NCBI GenBank assembly: GCA_965228475.1
Contig: OZ245817.1
Location: 4,544,001-4,608,000 of the forward strand
Source: Myxococcota bacterium
GTDB taxonomy: Bacteria > Myxococcota_A > UBA9160 > JAFDDA01
Length of the DNA: 64,000 bases
Direction of reading: 5' to 3'
Position 1 is the first letter of the stretch; the number at the start of each line of letters is the position of its first letter. Of the stretch, positions 1 through 8,376 are shown one piece after another. The notes below the pieces were generated by a model, which was given only the letters and a program-made list of their open reading frames with translations, was not told where the DNA came from and did not search any database. Made by a program: the position numbers and the translations under genes.

Positions 1-312
1 GTGCCAGCCTTCGACGACCTGGGGGCCCGACGGCCCGAGGCCGAGGATGAAGCGCCCCCCGGAGAGCTGATCGAGCGTCATGGCGGTCATCGCCGTCATG
101 GCCGGCGTGCGCGCGGGCATCTGCATGATCGCCGTGCCGAGCCGGATCTTCGTGGTCTGGGCGGCGATCCAGGTGAGCGGCACGATCGCGTCGGAACCGT
201 AGGCCTCCGCCGTCCAGATGGAATCGAAGCCGAGGTTCTCGGCCTCCTGGAAGAGTCCGACGTCGAGGGTGAGCTTGGCGCCGGAGTAGCCGGCGGTGAG
301 ACCGAGTCGCAT
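1..312 (-). CDS. LLM-class (probably F420-dependent) oxidoreductase, N-terminal part; runs off window start
   Basis: Own translation from ATG at 312: [11 protein letters not shown]...[81 protein letters not shown], typical luciferase-like monooxygenase N-terminus. Confidence 0.9.
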   Translation of the reverse strand, partial: MRLGLTAGYSGAKLTLDVGLFQEAENLGFDSIWTAEAYGSDAIVPLTWIAAQTTKIRLGTAIMQMPARTPAMTAMTAMTLDQLSGGRFILGLGPSGPQVVEGWH

Positions 313-379
313 GGGGGGCTCCTTGGGTTCTTACGCGGGGCGCAGGTTCGGCCCATTGAGGGGCGGCGCGCAGGGTAGC

Positions 380-2941
380 CTACTCGGCGTCCTCGGTCGG
401 CGTCGCGTCGATGGGGAGGTCGATGATGAAGCGCGCGCCGTGGCCTTCCTGGGAGGAGACCACCATGCGCCCGCCGTGGCGCTCGATGATCTGGTGCGAC
501 ATGGAGAGGCCGAGGCCGGTGCCCTTGCCGGGCTCCTTGGTCGTGTAGAAGGGGTCGAAGATCCGGCCCTGGACCTCGGGCGACATGCCGGGGCCGTCGT
601 CCTGGAACTCGAGCCGCACGCCGTCGCCCTGACGCGAGCTCGCGATGCGGATCTCCCCGCCCTTCTCCTCCATCGCGTCGCAGGCGTTCATCAGCAGGTT
701 CATGAAGACCTGGTTCAGCTGGCCCGCATTGCAGCGCACGCGGGGAAGGTCGCCGTACTCGCGGCGCACGGTGATGACGTCCTTCAAGCGCGGCTCCATC
801 AGCGTGAGGGTGCGGTCGATCTCTTCGTGGAGGTCGACCTCCTGCACCGCGGTCTGGTCCATGCGCGAGAAGGTCTTGAGGTCGAGGACGATCTGCTTGA
901 CGCGGTTGGTGCCTTCCTGGCTGCGCGAGAGCAGCTTGCCGATCGCGGCGCGGGCCTTTTCTTCGTCGGCGCCGCCCTTCTCCGCGTTCACCAGCCGGTT
1001 CACGTAGTCGTCCATGAGCTGGAGGTTCGCGTGGACGAAGCCGATCGGGTTGTTGAGCTCGTGGGCCACGCCGGCGACGAGCTGGCCGAGGGACTTCATC
1101 TTCTCGGCCTGCACGAGCTGCTGCTGGGTGGCGCGCAGCTCCGCCGTCCGGTCCTCGACGCGCGCCTCGAGCGTCTCGTTCAGCTTGGCGATCTCGTCGT
1201 AGGCCTGGGCGTTTTCGATCGCGATGGCCGACTGGTTCGCGAGGGTCCGCAGGAGCTGACGGTCGTCCGGACCGAGGCGCTCGCCGGTGATCTTGCGTCC
1301 GACGGCGATCACGCCGAGCAGATCCACGCCGAACAGGATCGGCACGAGCAGCTCCATCTCGAGCGTGTCGAAGACGTCGCGGCAGGCCTCGCGCGCCTCG
1401 GGGTCGGGCTCGTCGTCGAAGTCGCGGCGCGCGAGCTCCTCGCGGCGCATCCAGAGGTGTTTCCAGATCGGGTGCGAAGCCGGGATCTCGCTCGCGAGCG
1501 AGGGCTCGTCCCAATCGCCGCGCCAGGCGGTGGGGCGCAGCACGCGCTCGTCGTCGTCGAGCAGGAGCACCATCGCGCGCTCGACGCCCATGGTGTCCGT
1601 GAGCGCGATCAGGATGCGGTCGCCGATCTCCCGGAGCGAGAGCATGGAGACCATCGCCTCGGAGATCTCCCGGACGGCCTGGCGGTAGGTCGCGCGGTCG
1701 CGGTCGAAGGTGCGGTCCACGACGCGCTGGAGCGAATTTCGGATCGGGTTGAAGAGCAGGATCGCGACGAACAGGAAGCCGACCTGGAAGGCCGGCGCGC
1801 GCGCGTTCACGTCGAAGCTCACGATCAACGCGTCCGAGAAGGCGATCAGGACGGCGTAGACGCCGGTGATGGCGACGCTCGCGAGGCCGTAGGCCACCGA
1901 GGACTTCGCCGCACCGCGAATGTCGAACAGGTCGCGGCGCAGGATCCCGTAGGCCACCGCGACGGGGAAGATGAACAGCCAGACCATCGCGTAGTAGAAC
2001 GGAAGCGACGTGCGCAGGAAGTACTGCGCGATCAGCACCAGGATGACGGGAACGAAGGAGGCGAGCGCGCCGATCAGCATGACGTCGGCGCGCGCCGTGA
2101 CGTCCGGATCGTGCTCCCGGCGGCGCTCGACGACCAGGCTCACCAGGCCCGCCAGCGAGAAGCCGAAGCCCGAGAGGAAGGAGAGCGCCGGAGCGAGCAT
2201 GGGCGGAATGCCGAGCGGCTCCTGCAGGAAGAAGAGCCCGGCGATGGTCGCCGCCACGGCGTAGGGCAGGAGCTGGATGCGGCGATGCCGGACGATCCAG
2301 TGCGGCTCGAACGGGTAGGTCGTGAAGAGATGGAAGGCCGCCGCCCCGAGCAATGCGTTGTTCAGGACCATTCGCGGATAGGCGAAGGGGACGTTGTCCA
2401 CGCGCACGGCCGTGAAGAGCGCCGTCGCCATGGCGGAACAGAACAGGAGCAGCGTCCAGGCTTCGACCCGGCCCGGCCGCGAACGCCAGACCGCCATGCC
2501 GATCGTGAGGTAGACGAGGCCGACGCCGAGGATCGCCATCTGCAGGATCGTCGAGACGGGCCCGATCGAACCCGGAGGCTGCGGCGCAAGGGGGATGTCG
2601 AGCCGCCGTCCGTTCGACTTCTCGATCGTATAGACGTTGGTCTGCCCTTCGGTGAGCGCCATGCGGCCGCGGCTCGTGAAGCTGCCGAGCAGGTTGCCGT
2701 CGAAGGCGATCAGGCGGTCGCCGGCCTTGATGCCCTTCTGCGCGGCTTCCGGGCTCGTGCCCTGGACGATGAAGACGCCACCGACGGTGGCGATCTCGAG
2801 CGGCCACTCGGGCGCGGGGGCCCGCACGTAGTGGGCCATCACGTTGTGGAACAGGGCGAGGGCCGCCCAGGCCATGAAGGCGAAGGCCGTGTAGCGGCGC
2901 AGGCGCAGGGTCGCGGACGGGTTCATGCGACTTCCGGGCAC
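380..2941 (-). CDS. Membrane sensor histidine kinase (PDZ-like + multi-TM + GAF + HisKA + HATPase)
   Basis: PDZ-like SPEAAQKGIKAGDRLIAFDG; about 8 hydrophobic segments; GAF (LLVPILFGVDLLGVIAVG...LANQSAIAIENA); H-box VAHELNNP; N-box QVFMNLLMNA; G-boxes DDGPG and GKGTGLGL. Start could be ATG 2926. Confidence 0.92.
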   Translation of the reverse strand: MPGSRMNPSATLRLRRYTAFAFMAWAALALFHNVMAHYVRAPAPEWPLEIATVGGVFIVQGTSPEAAQKGIKAGDRLIAFDGNLLGSFTSRGRMALTEGQTNVYTIEKSNGRRLDIPLAPQPPGSIGPVSTILQMAILGVGLVYLTIGMAVWRSRPGRVEAWTLLLFCSAMATALFTAVRVDNVPFAYPRMVLNNALLGAAAFHLFTTYPFEPHWIVRHRRIQLLPYAVAATIAGLFFLQEPLGIPPMLAPALSFLSGFGFSLAGLVSLVVERRREHDPDVTARADVMLIGALASFVPVILVLIAQYFLRTSLPFYYAMVWLFIFPVAVAYGILRRDLFDIRGAAKSSVAYGLASVAITGVYAVLIAFSDALIVSFDVNARAPAFQVGFLFVAILLFNPIRNSLQRVVDRTFDRDRATYRQAVREISEAMVSMLSLREIGDRILIALTDTMGVERAMVLLLDDDERVLRPTAWRGDWDEPSLASEIPASHPIWKHLWMRREELARRDFDDEPDPEAREACRDVFDTLEMELLVPILFGVDLLGVIAVGRKITGERLGPDDRQLLRTLANQSAIAIENAQAYDEIAKLNETLEARVEDRTAELRATQQQLVQAEKMKSLGQLVAGVAHELNNPIGFVHANLQLMDDYVNRLVNAEKGGADEEKARAAIGKLLSRSQEGTNRVKQIVLDLKTFSRMDQTAVQEVDLHEEIDRTLTLMEPRLKDVITVRREYGDLPRVRCNAGQLNQVFMNLLMNACDAMEEKGGEIRIASSRQGDGVRLEFQDDGPGMSPEVQGRIFDPFYTTKEPGKGTGLGLSMSHQIIERHGGRMVVSSQEGHGARFIIDLPIDATPTEDAE

Positions 2942-3073
2942 GGGCCGAGGGCGGCTACCGGCGACGTGCGGCCGAGAGGTTAGCCTGCGCGCGCCACACT
3001 GTCCGGGGCCCTCTGGAGGGCGTCGGCTGGCAAGTAGAGCCCGGGCTCGCGCCCCTGGCCCCGTGGAGGTCGG

Positions 3074-3472
3074 CTAGCGCCCCTGGCGGCGCATGACCTC
3101 CATCTCGAGCTTGCGGAGCTCGGCGGCCGGTTCGCTGCCCCCGATGTTGTAGCCGCGGGCGTTCAGCGAGTTGACCTTCCAGCTCGGGTCGGTCTCCCCG
3201 GCCCGTTCGGCCATCAGGAGCGGCATGCCGCGCAGCGGAAGCACGGGAGCCTTGTCGCGCGCGGCGCACGTGGCGCCGCGTTCCGTCTGGACCGCGGCCG
3301 GTGAAGCCGGCGGCGGAGCCAGGGCGGGATCGTAGGAGAAGAACTCTTCGGCACCGGCGCCGTGCGAGGAGGCCTCGCTGGCCTCGGTGATCCGCACGCC
3401 GGGCGACGTCAGGAGCAGCATCGCGGCAAGCGACGCGAAGCCGAGAGAACGAAGGAGCGAAGCAACGCGCAT
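3074..3472 (-). CDS. Hypothetical secreted protein
   Basis: ATG at 3472 with GGAGG upstream; signal-peptide-like MRVASLLRSLGFASLAAMLLL. Confidence 0.6.
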   Translation of the reverse strand: MRVASLLRSLGFASLAAMLLLTSPGVRITEASEASSHGAGAEEFFSYDPALAPPPASPAAVQTERGATCAARDKAPVLPLRGMPLLMAERAGETDPSWKVNSLNARGYNIGGSEPAAELRKLEMEVMRRQGR

Positions 3473-3650
3473 GACGACCTCCGTGGTAACCTCCACCACG
3501 TTCTGAGGCATCGACCGGATCCCCGCTGCACTTGACCCCTCTCGAACGCTCGCCCCGCCCGCTCCTGCCGCCCGCTTGCCGAGGGACCGCACGTCGTCTG
3601 CCGCCGCCGAGACGGTCGGCAGCGGGAGCAGAAGACCGGAGGCCCACGGT

Positions 3651-4685
3651 TTGCGGCTAGTCACCTTCGAGCGCGGCGACCGCGGGACGGAGCCCGCCGC
3701 CCACGCCAGCGAATCCGCCCTCGGCCTCGACCCGGTCGAGGCGGGGCGGCCGGGCGCGCGCCGCCTCGGGGCCGTGCGGGCCGCCGGTCCGTGCGCCGGA
3801 CAGGTCGTGGATCTGAACCGCGCACTCGCGATGCGGCTCGCCCAGGAGGACCACGGCGCGCCCGAGGCCGAGGCGGATGCGAACCTGCCGCCGAACTCCC
3901 TGGAGTTCCTGCGGCGCGGCGAAGAAGCCTTCGCCGCCGCCCGGGAGGCCCTCGCCTTCGTCGACGAGGCGCTCGAGCGCTACGACCCGCCGGATCTCGC
4001 ACGCGCCGGCGTGCTCGAAGACCCGAAGCGGATCACCCCGTGCGCGCCGGTCCCGCGCCCGGGAAAGATCGTCGCGGTGGCGCGCAACTACGCGGCCCAT
4101 GCTGCCGAGTCCGGCAGCGAGCCGCCGGCGGAGCCCGTCCTCTTCCTGAAGGCGCCCTCGGCCGTCGTCGGCCCCGGCGACGAGATCCGCCTGCCCGCGG
4201 CGAGCGAGGCCGTCGACTACGAAGGCGAACTCGCCGTCGTGGTCGGGCGCAGCCTCTTCGAGGTCGACGAAGCGGAGGCCCTCTCTGGGGTGGCGGGCTA
4301 CTGCGTCGCCAACGACGTCTCCGCCCGGGATTTCCAGGGCACGCGCGGGCAGCACTTCATCGGGAAGTCCTGCGACACCTTCGCGCCCCTCGGCCCGCTG
4401 CTCGTGACGCCCGAGGAGGTCGGAGACCCGCAATCGCTCTCGCTCGAGACCCGGCTCTCCGGGGAAGTCGTGCAGGCGGCCAGCACCAAGGAGATGATCT
4501 TCCCGGTCGCGCGCCTGCTCGCCTTCGCCTCCCGGCTGATGACCCTCGAGCCCGGCGACGTGCTCCTTACCGGAACGCCGGCCGGTGTAGGACGAAGCCG
4601 CGTCCCGCCGCGCTTCCTGCGGCCGGGCGACGTCGTCGAGGTCACGATCGAACGGATCGGGACGCTACGGAACCACGTCCGCTGA
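3651..4685 (+). CDS. Fumarylacetoacetate hydrolase family protein
   Basis: TTG start after GGAGG (MRLVTF); motifs [56 protein letters not shown]. Confidence 0.92.
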   Translation: MRLVTFERGDRGTEPAAHASESALGLDPVEAGRPGARRLGAVRAAGPCAGQVVDLNRALAMRLAQEDHGAPEAEADANLPPNSLEFLRRGEEAFAAAREALAFVDEALERYDPPDLARAGVLEDPKRITPCAPVPRPGKIVAVARNYAAHAAESGSEPPAEPVLFLKAPSAVVGPGDEIRLPAASEAVDYEGELAVVVGRSLFEVDEAEALSGVAGYCVANDVSARDFQGTRGQHFIGKSCDTFAPLGPLLVTPEEVGDPQSLSLETRLSGEVVQAASTKEMIFPVARLLAFASRLMTLEPGDVLLTGTPAGVGRSRVPPRFLRPGDVVEVTIERIGTLRNHVR

Positions 4686-5903
4686 CGCGCGCTCGTCGCG
4701 CCGAATCCCCAGGTCGACATCGAACCCGACCACGACGCTCCCGAGGAGCTGGCCGAAGAACCAGGGCAGGTCGCGCCCGTCGAGCGGGCTCGTGTAGTTG
4801 GCGACCCAGTGGCGCCCCTCACCGAGGGGCACGCTCGCGGCGAAGGCCGTATCGCCCTGGGAGGGCAGGTCCGCGAGAAGCACCGTGCGGCGCTCCTCGG
4901 GCAGGATCTCGTAGATCGCCGTGCGCTTGCGCGTGGCGGAGTAGCGCACGAGGGACCAGGCCAGGGCGAGCCGCTCGGGGAGCCAGCCGCCGGCAGGGAA
5001 CGGGCCCGAGAGGCTCCGGCGCGCGATCGCGAAGAAACGGCCGCCCTCCTGCACGATCAACGGCGAGTCGTGGCGGTAGCCGGTGGGCGTGCAGTCCCAG
5101 CGGTCGAGTCGGGTGGCCGGCGCCGTGCAGACGAGGCTCCCGCGGCTCTCGATCCGGACGAGGGCGACGAGGCTCCCGTCTTCCGCGAAATCGAAGGCGC
5201 ACTCCGAGGGGCCGATGGCATCGATGGGGGAAGCCTCGCCGGAGACGGAGTGGAAGTTCCTTCCGTCCTCGGAGACGAGCAGCCGCACCGACCCCGAGTT
5301 GCCGAAGTCCTCGTAGAGCTCCGCACCGTGATAGACGCTCATCCAGGCGAGGCCGGCGTGCTCGCGCAGGCGCCACACGATGTGCCCCTCCTCGAAGATC
5401 CGCTCGGACGCGGACCACGCGCCGTCCGCGCCGCGCTCGGTCACGTGGATCCAGCGCGGCTTGAAGGCGAAGGGGTCGTCGCCGAGCTCGACGAAGTAGA
5501 GGCGCAGCGTGCCGCGGAAGGCGAGGAAGCGCGGCTCCCGCAGGTCCGAGCGCGGCAGGTCGATCTCGTGCTCGAGCCGCCAGTCCGAGCGGTCCGGGCT
5601 CGAAAAGATCAGCAGGCGCGCCTCGTCCGTCGCGAAGTGATGGGGCGCGGTGCGCACGGCCAGAAAGAAGAGGCCCTCGAAGCGCGCGGCGTCGAGGTTG
5701 TTGGTGGAGCCCTGGATCTCGACGCCGGCGGGCAGGCCGGGCCCCGGCACGAGCGGAAGCACCTCCCCGACCCCGAGGCCGGGCAGCCGTTCGGGCTCGA
5801 AGGCGTGCGGCTCATCGCGGGTGACGCCGTAGAGACCGAGGAAGGAAACGAGAACGAGGAGGAGGGCCAGGAGCCCGAGGAGCGCGCGAATGAAGCGACC
5901 CAC
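4665..5903 (-). CDS. Hypothetical membrane-anchored protein, possible beta-propeller/sialidase-like
   Basis: N-terminal TM helix; Asp-box-like motifs SSPDRSDW and VSEDGRNF; DLREPRF. Confidence 0.65.
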   Translation of the reverse strand: MGRFIRALLGLLALLLVLVSFLGLYGVTRDEPHAFEPERLPGLGVGEVLPLVPGPGLPAGVEIQGSTNNLDAARFEGLFFLAVRTAPHHFATDEARLLIFSSPDRSDWRLEHEIDLPRSDLREPRFLAFRGTLRLYFVELGDDPFAFKPRWIHVTERGADGAWSASERIFEEGHIVWRLREHAGLAWMSVYHGAELYEDFGNSGSVRLLVSEDGRNFHSVSGEASPIDAIGPSECAFDFAEDGSLVALVRIESRGSLVCTAPATRLDRWDCTPTGYRHDSPLIVQEGGRFFAIARRSLSGPFPAGGWLPERLALAWSLVRYSATRKRTAIYEILPEERRTVLLADLPSQGDTAFAASVPLGEGRHWVANYTSPLDGRDLPWFFGQLLGSVVVGFDVDLGIRRDERASADVVP

Positions 5904-5918
5904 CGCGGCGCCGACGGC

Positions 5919-6437
5919 TCAGGAAGCTTCCGGGCGGTAGCGCAGCAGGACGCGTTCGCCCGAGGCCAGCTCGCGGCGCATCTTGTCCGCCCAGCGGCTG
6001 ATCTCCTTCGGGTACTTCCGGGCGTAGACCGCGAGGATGCGTTCGAGCAGCGCCGGGTCGTCGTCCGTCCGGCCGACGGCGTCGAACTTCGGGGCCTGCC
6101 GGAAGGCTTCGTTCTTCCCGCCGCGCCAGCGGCCGTGGTCGCCCACCCAGATCCGAGTGCGCGTTCGCCCGGTGGCGATGGCCGTCGCCTTCCAGCGGTC
6201 GCTCGCCGTCGACGAGACGACCTCGCCGTCGAGCCACGCGAACCAGATCTCGCCGTGGCATCGGCTCTCGGTCCCATCCCGCTTCAGGGGAGACACGTAG
6301 ACGTAGGGGCTCGTCTCGAGCGCGGCGACGGGCAGCCCGGCCTTCTCGTGATGCGCGGCCCGCGCGCCGAAGGGCGCGGCGAGCGTTGCGAGAGAACCGG
6401 CCACGAAGGCCCGGCGCGTGAGATCGAACGAACTCAA
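5919..6437 (-). CDS. Tat-signal protein with pyridoxamine-phosphate-oxidase-like (split barrel) features
   Basis: TTG at 6437 overlaps the cysH TGA; LTRRAFVAGSLATLAAPFGARA twin-arginine signal; YVSPLKRDG...EIWFAWLDGEVV...W...YARKYP pattern. Confidence 0.7.
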   Translation of the reverse strand: MSSFDLTRRAFVAGSLATLAAPFGARAAHHEKAGLPVAALETSPYVYVSPLKRDGTESRCHGEIWFAWLDGEVVSSTASDRWKATAIATGRTRTRIWVGDHGRWRGGKNEAFRQAPKFDAVGRTDDDPALLERILAVYARKYPKEISRWADKMRRELASGERVLLRYRPEAS

Positions 6438-7204
6438 ATCCCCGACCCTCCGGATTCCTCCCCGACGTGGATCCCGCACTCGCGGGTCTCGGGGTTCTCC
6501 CACCACCAGCGGCCGGCGCGCGGGTCGTCCCCGGCTTCGATCGCCCGGGAGCACGGCGCGCAGCCGACGGAAGGGTACCCCTCCTTGTGGAGGCGGTTGG
6601 TCGGAACGTCGCGGTCGCGAACGTACTGCCAGACCTGGTCGTGGCTCCAGTCCGCGATCGGATTGATCTTCACGATGCCGCCATGGGCGAGATCGATCTC
6701 GACCTTGCGCGTCTCGCTGCGCGTCACGTTCTGATCCCGGCGCAGGCCCGAAACCCAGGCGTCCATGTCCGCGAGGTAGCGGCGCAGCGGCTCCACCTTG
6801 CGCAGGCGACAGCAGAGCTGGCGCTTCTCGATCGATTCGTAGAACAGGTTCATCCCGTGCTCGCGGACCATGCCCTCGACCGCTTCGGAGATCGGGAAGA
6901 CCACCTCGACGGGCTTCCCGTAGCGGTCGCGGATCCGGTCGATCAGATCGAACGTCGCCTGGTGGACCCGCCCCGTATCCAGGGTGAAGACGCGGGCGGT
7001 CGGCTCGATGCGGTGCATGAGGTCGAGCAGGACCATCCCCTCCGCAGCGCCGAAGGAACAGGACAGCGACAGGCGGGGATGAAAATTCTTGATTGCCCAA
7101 CCGAGGATCTCTTCCGGCCCCCAGGACTCGAAGGCACCGGCCTCGATGTCTCGAAGGATGCCAGAATCAATGGGTTTCTCGTGGACGGGTTCGGCGGCGG
7201 TCAT
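6434..7204 (-). CDS. cysH: Adenylyl-/phosphoadenylyl-sulfate reductase (4Fe-4S APS-type)
   Basis: LDTG, CCRLRKVEPL, SGLRRDQ, KINPIADW, GYPSVGCAPC, RAGRWWWE, C-terminal ECGIH. Confidence 0.93.
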   Translation of the reverse strand: MTAAEPVHEKPIDSGILRDIEAGAFESWGPEEILGWAIKNFHPRLSLSCSFGAAEGMVLLDLMHRIEPTARVFTLDTGRVHQATFDLIDRIRDRYGKPVEVVFPISEAVEGMVREHGMNLFYESIEKRQLCCRLRKVEPLRRYLADMDAWVSGLRRDQNVTRSETRKVEIDLAHGGIVKINPIADWSHDQVWQYVRDRDVPTNRLHKEGYPSVGCAPCSRAIEAGDDPRAGRWWWENPETRECGIHVGEESGGSGI

Positions 7205-7248
7205 CGTGGTCCGGGAGCGTAAGCGGGATCGGCGGACCCTGCAAACCC

Positions 7249-7277
7249 ATAAACACAGCAATGCTGACGGTATTTAT
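7249..7277. promoter_or_regulatory. AT-rich imperfect palindrome, candidate transcription-factor operator upstream of cysH
   Basis: ATAAACACAGCAATGCTGACGGTATTTAT: ATAAA/TTTAT ends and an internal CAGCA-A-TGCTG palindrome in a very GC-rich context. Confidence 0.4.
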
Positions 7278-7334
7278 CGGCGAAGGCATCCGTCCCGGCT
7301 CACACCGGCGGAGGGCCTCGCCGATAGGCAACTC

Positions 7335-8063
7335 GTGAGCAACGAAGAACGCGCCACTCCCGAGGGCGGTGCCGGAAGCGGCATCCGCGGGTTCGAGGCC
7401 CTCGAACTCGAACTGCTCCGCCGCCAGGCGGGCGGGGCGGCGCATACCTTGAACAACCTGTTCACGTCGCTGCTCGGCGAGGTCGCGCTGCTCGGCGACG
7501 AGTGCAAGGAGGACCCGGCGGTCCTCGACGCGGTGGCCTCCCTCCACGCCCAGCTCGAACGCTGCGTCCGCACGGTGCGCAACGGGCTTCCCGGGCGAGC
7601 GGCCGAGAGCCGCGAGGCGGAGGTCGACCTCGGCCTCCTGCTCTCCCACTGTCGGCGCGTCCTCGACGGAACGCTCTCGCGCTCGACCACGCTGCGCTGG
7701 AACGTTCCGGACGCATCGTGGGTCGTCCGCGGCGACCCGCAGCAGCTCGAGACGCTGATCCTCGCGCTCACCTTCCGCGCGTCGGACCTGGTGCCCGGCG
7801 GCCCGGCCGAAGTCGCCGTCTCTCTGGCGGATGGCCCCGGCCCGAACCAGCTCTCGCTCCACCTCGACGTCGAGGCCCCGGAGCTTCCGCGCGATGCCCG
7901 CCAGCGCCTGGTCGACCCCGCCCTCGCCGGCGCCCGGGCCGATGCCGAGGCCCTGCGCGCCCTGCACGCCATCGCCGATGGGCACGGAACCCATCTCGGG
8001 ACCGAGCGGACCGGCCCCGAATCGCTCCGGCTTTCCCTTCCGTTCGAACGCCTCGACGCCTAG
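7335..8063 (+). CDS. Histidine-kinase-like protein with degenerate ATPase domain (possible phosphotransferase)
   Basis: H-box-like AGGAAHTLNNLFTSLLG; VRGDPQQLE; no N-box Asn and no DxGxG/GxGxGL boxes. Confidence 0.7.
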   Translation: MSNEERATPEGGAGSGIRGFEALELELLRRQAGGAAHTLNNLFTSLLGEVALLGDECKEDPAVLDAVASLHAQLERCVRTVRNGLPGRAAESREAEVDLGLLLSHCRRVLDGTLSRSTTLRWNVPDASWVVRGDPQQLETLILALTFRASDLVPGGPAEVAVSLADGPGPNQLSLHLDVEAPELPRDARQRLVDPALAGARADAEALRALHAIADGHGTHLGTERTGPESLRLSLPFERLDA

Positions 8064-8070
8064 CCGCCCT

Positions 8071-8376
8071 TCAATCGCCCCGCAGATGTTCCTCGACGAC
8101 GCGGACCTTCTCGGCGGCGCTCGCCACCCGATCGCGGCGTTCGTCGATCTTGATGACGGTCGAAACGCGCGGCGCACCGGCGGCGAAGACCGCCTCCTGC
8201 ATCCGCTCGATCAGCGCGAACACGGCGGGTAGCTCCCCTTCGAGCGTCGTGAACATCGCGCCGAGTTCGACGGCGACCTCGTCCTGCTCCCGAGCGACGC
8301 GCAGCGCCTCGGCGACGTGGCGCCCGACGCTCGCTCCCTCTCCGATCGGCGCGATGCTCACTGCCACGATGGCCAT
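8071..8376 (-). CDS. MTH1187/YkoF-like thiamine-binding family protein
   Basis: MAIVAVSIAPIG...SVGRHVAEA...GAMFTTLEGE...RVSTVIKIDERRD, typical UPF0045 sequence. Confidence 0.88.
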   Translation of the reverse strand: MAIVAVSIAPIGEGASVGRHVAEALRVAREQDEVAVELGAMFTTLEGELPAVFALIERMQEAVFAAGAPRVSTVIKIDERRDRVASAAEKVRVVEEHLRGD

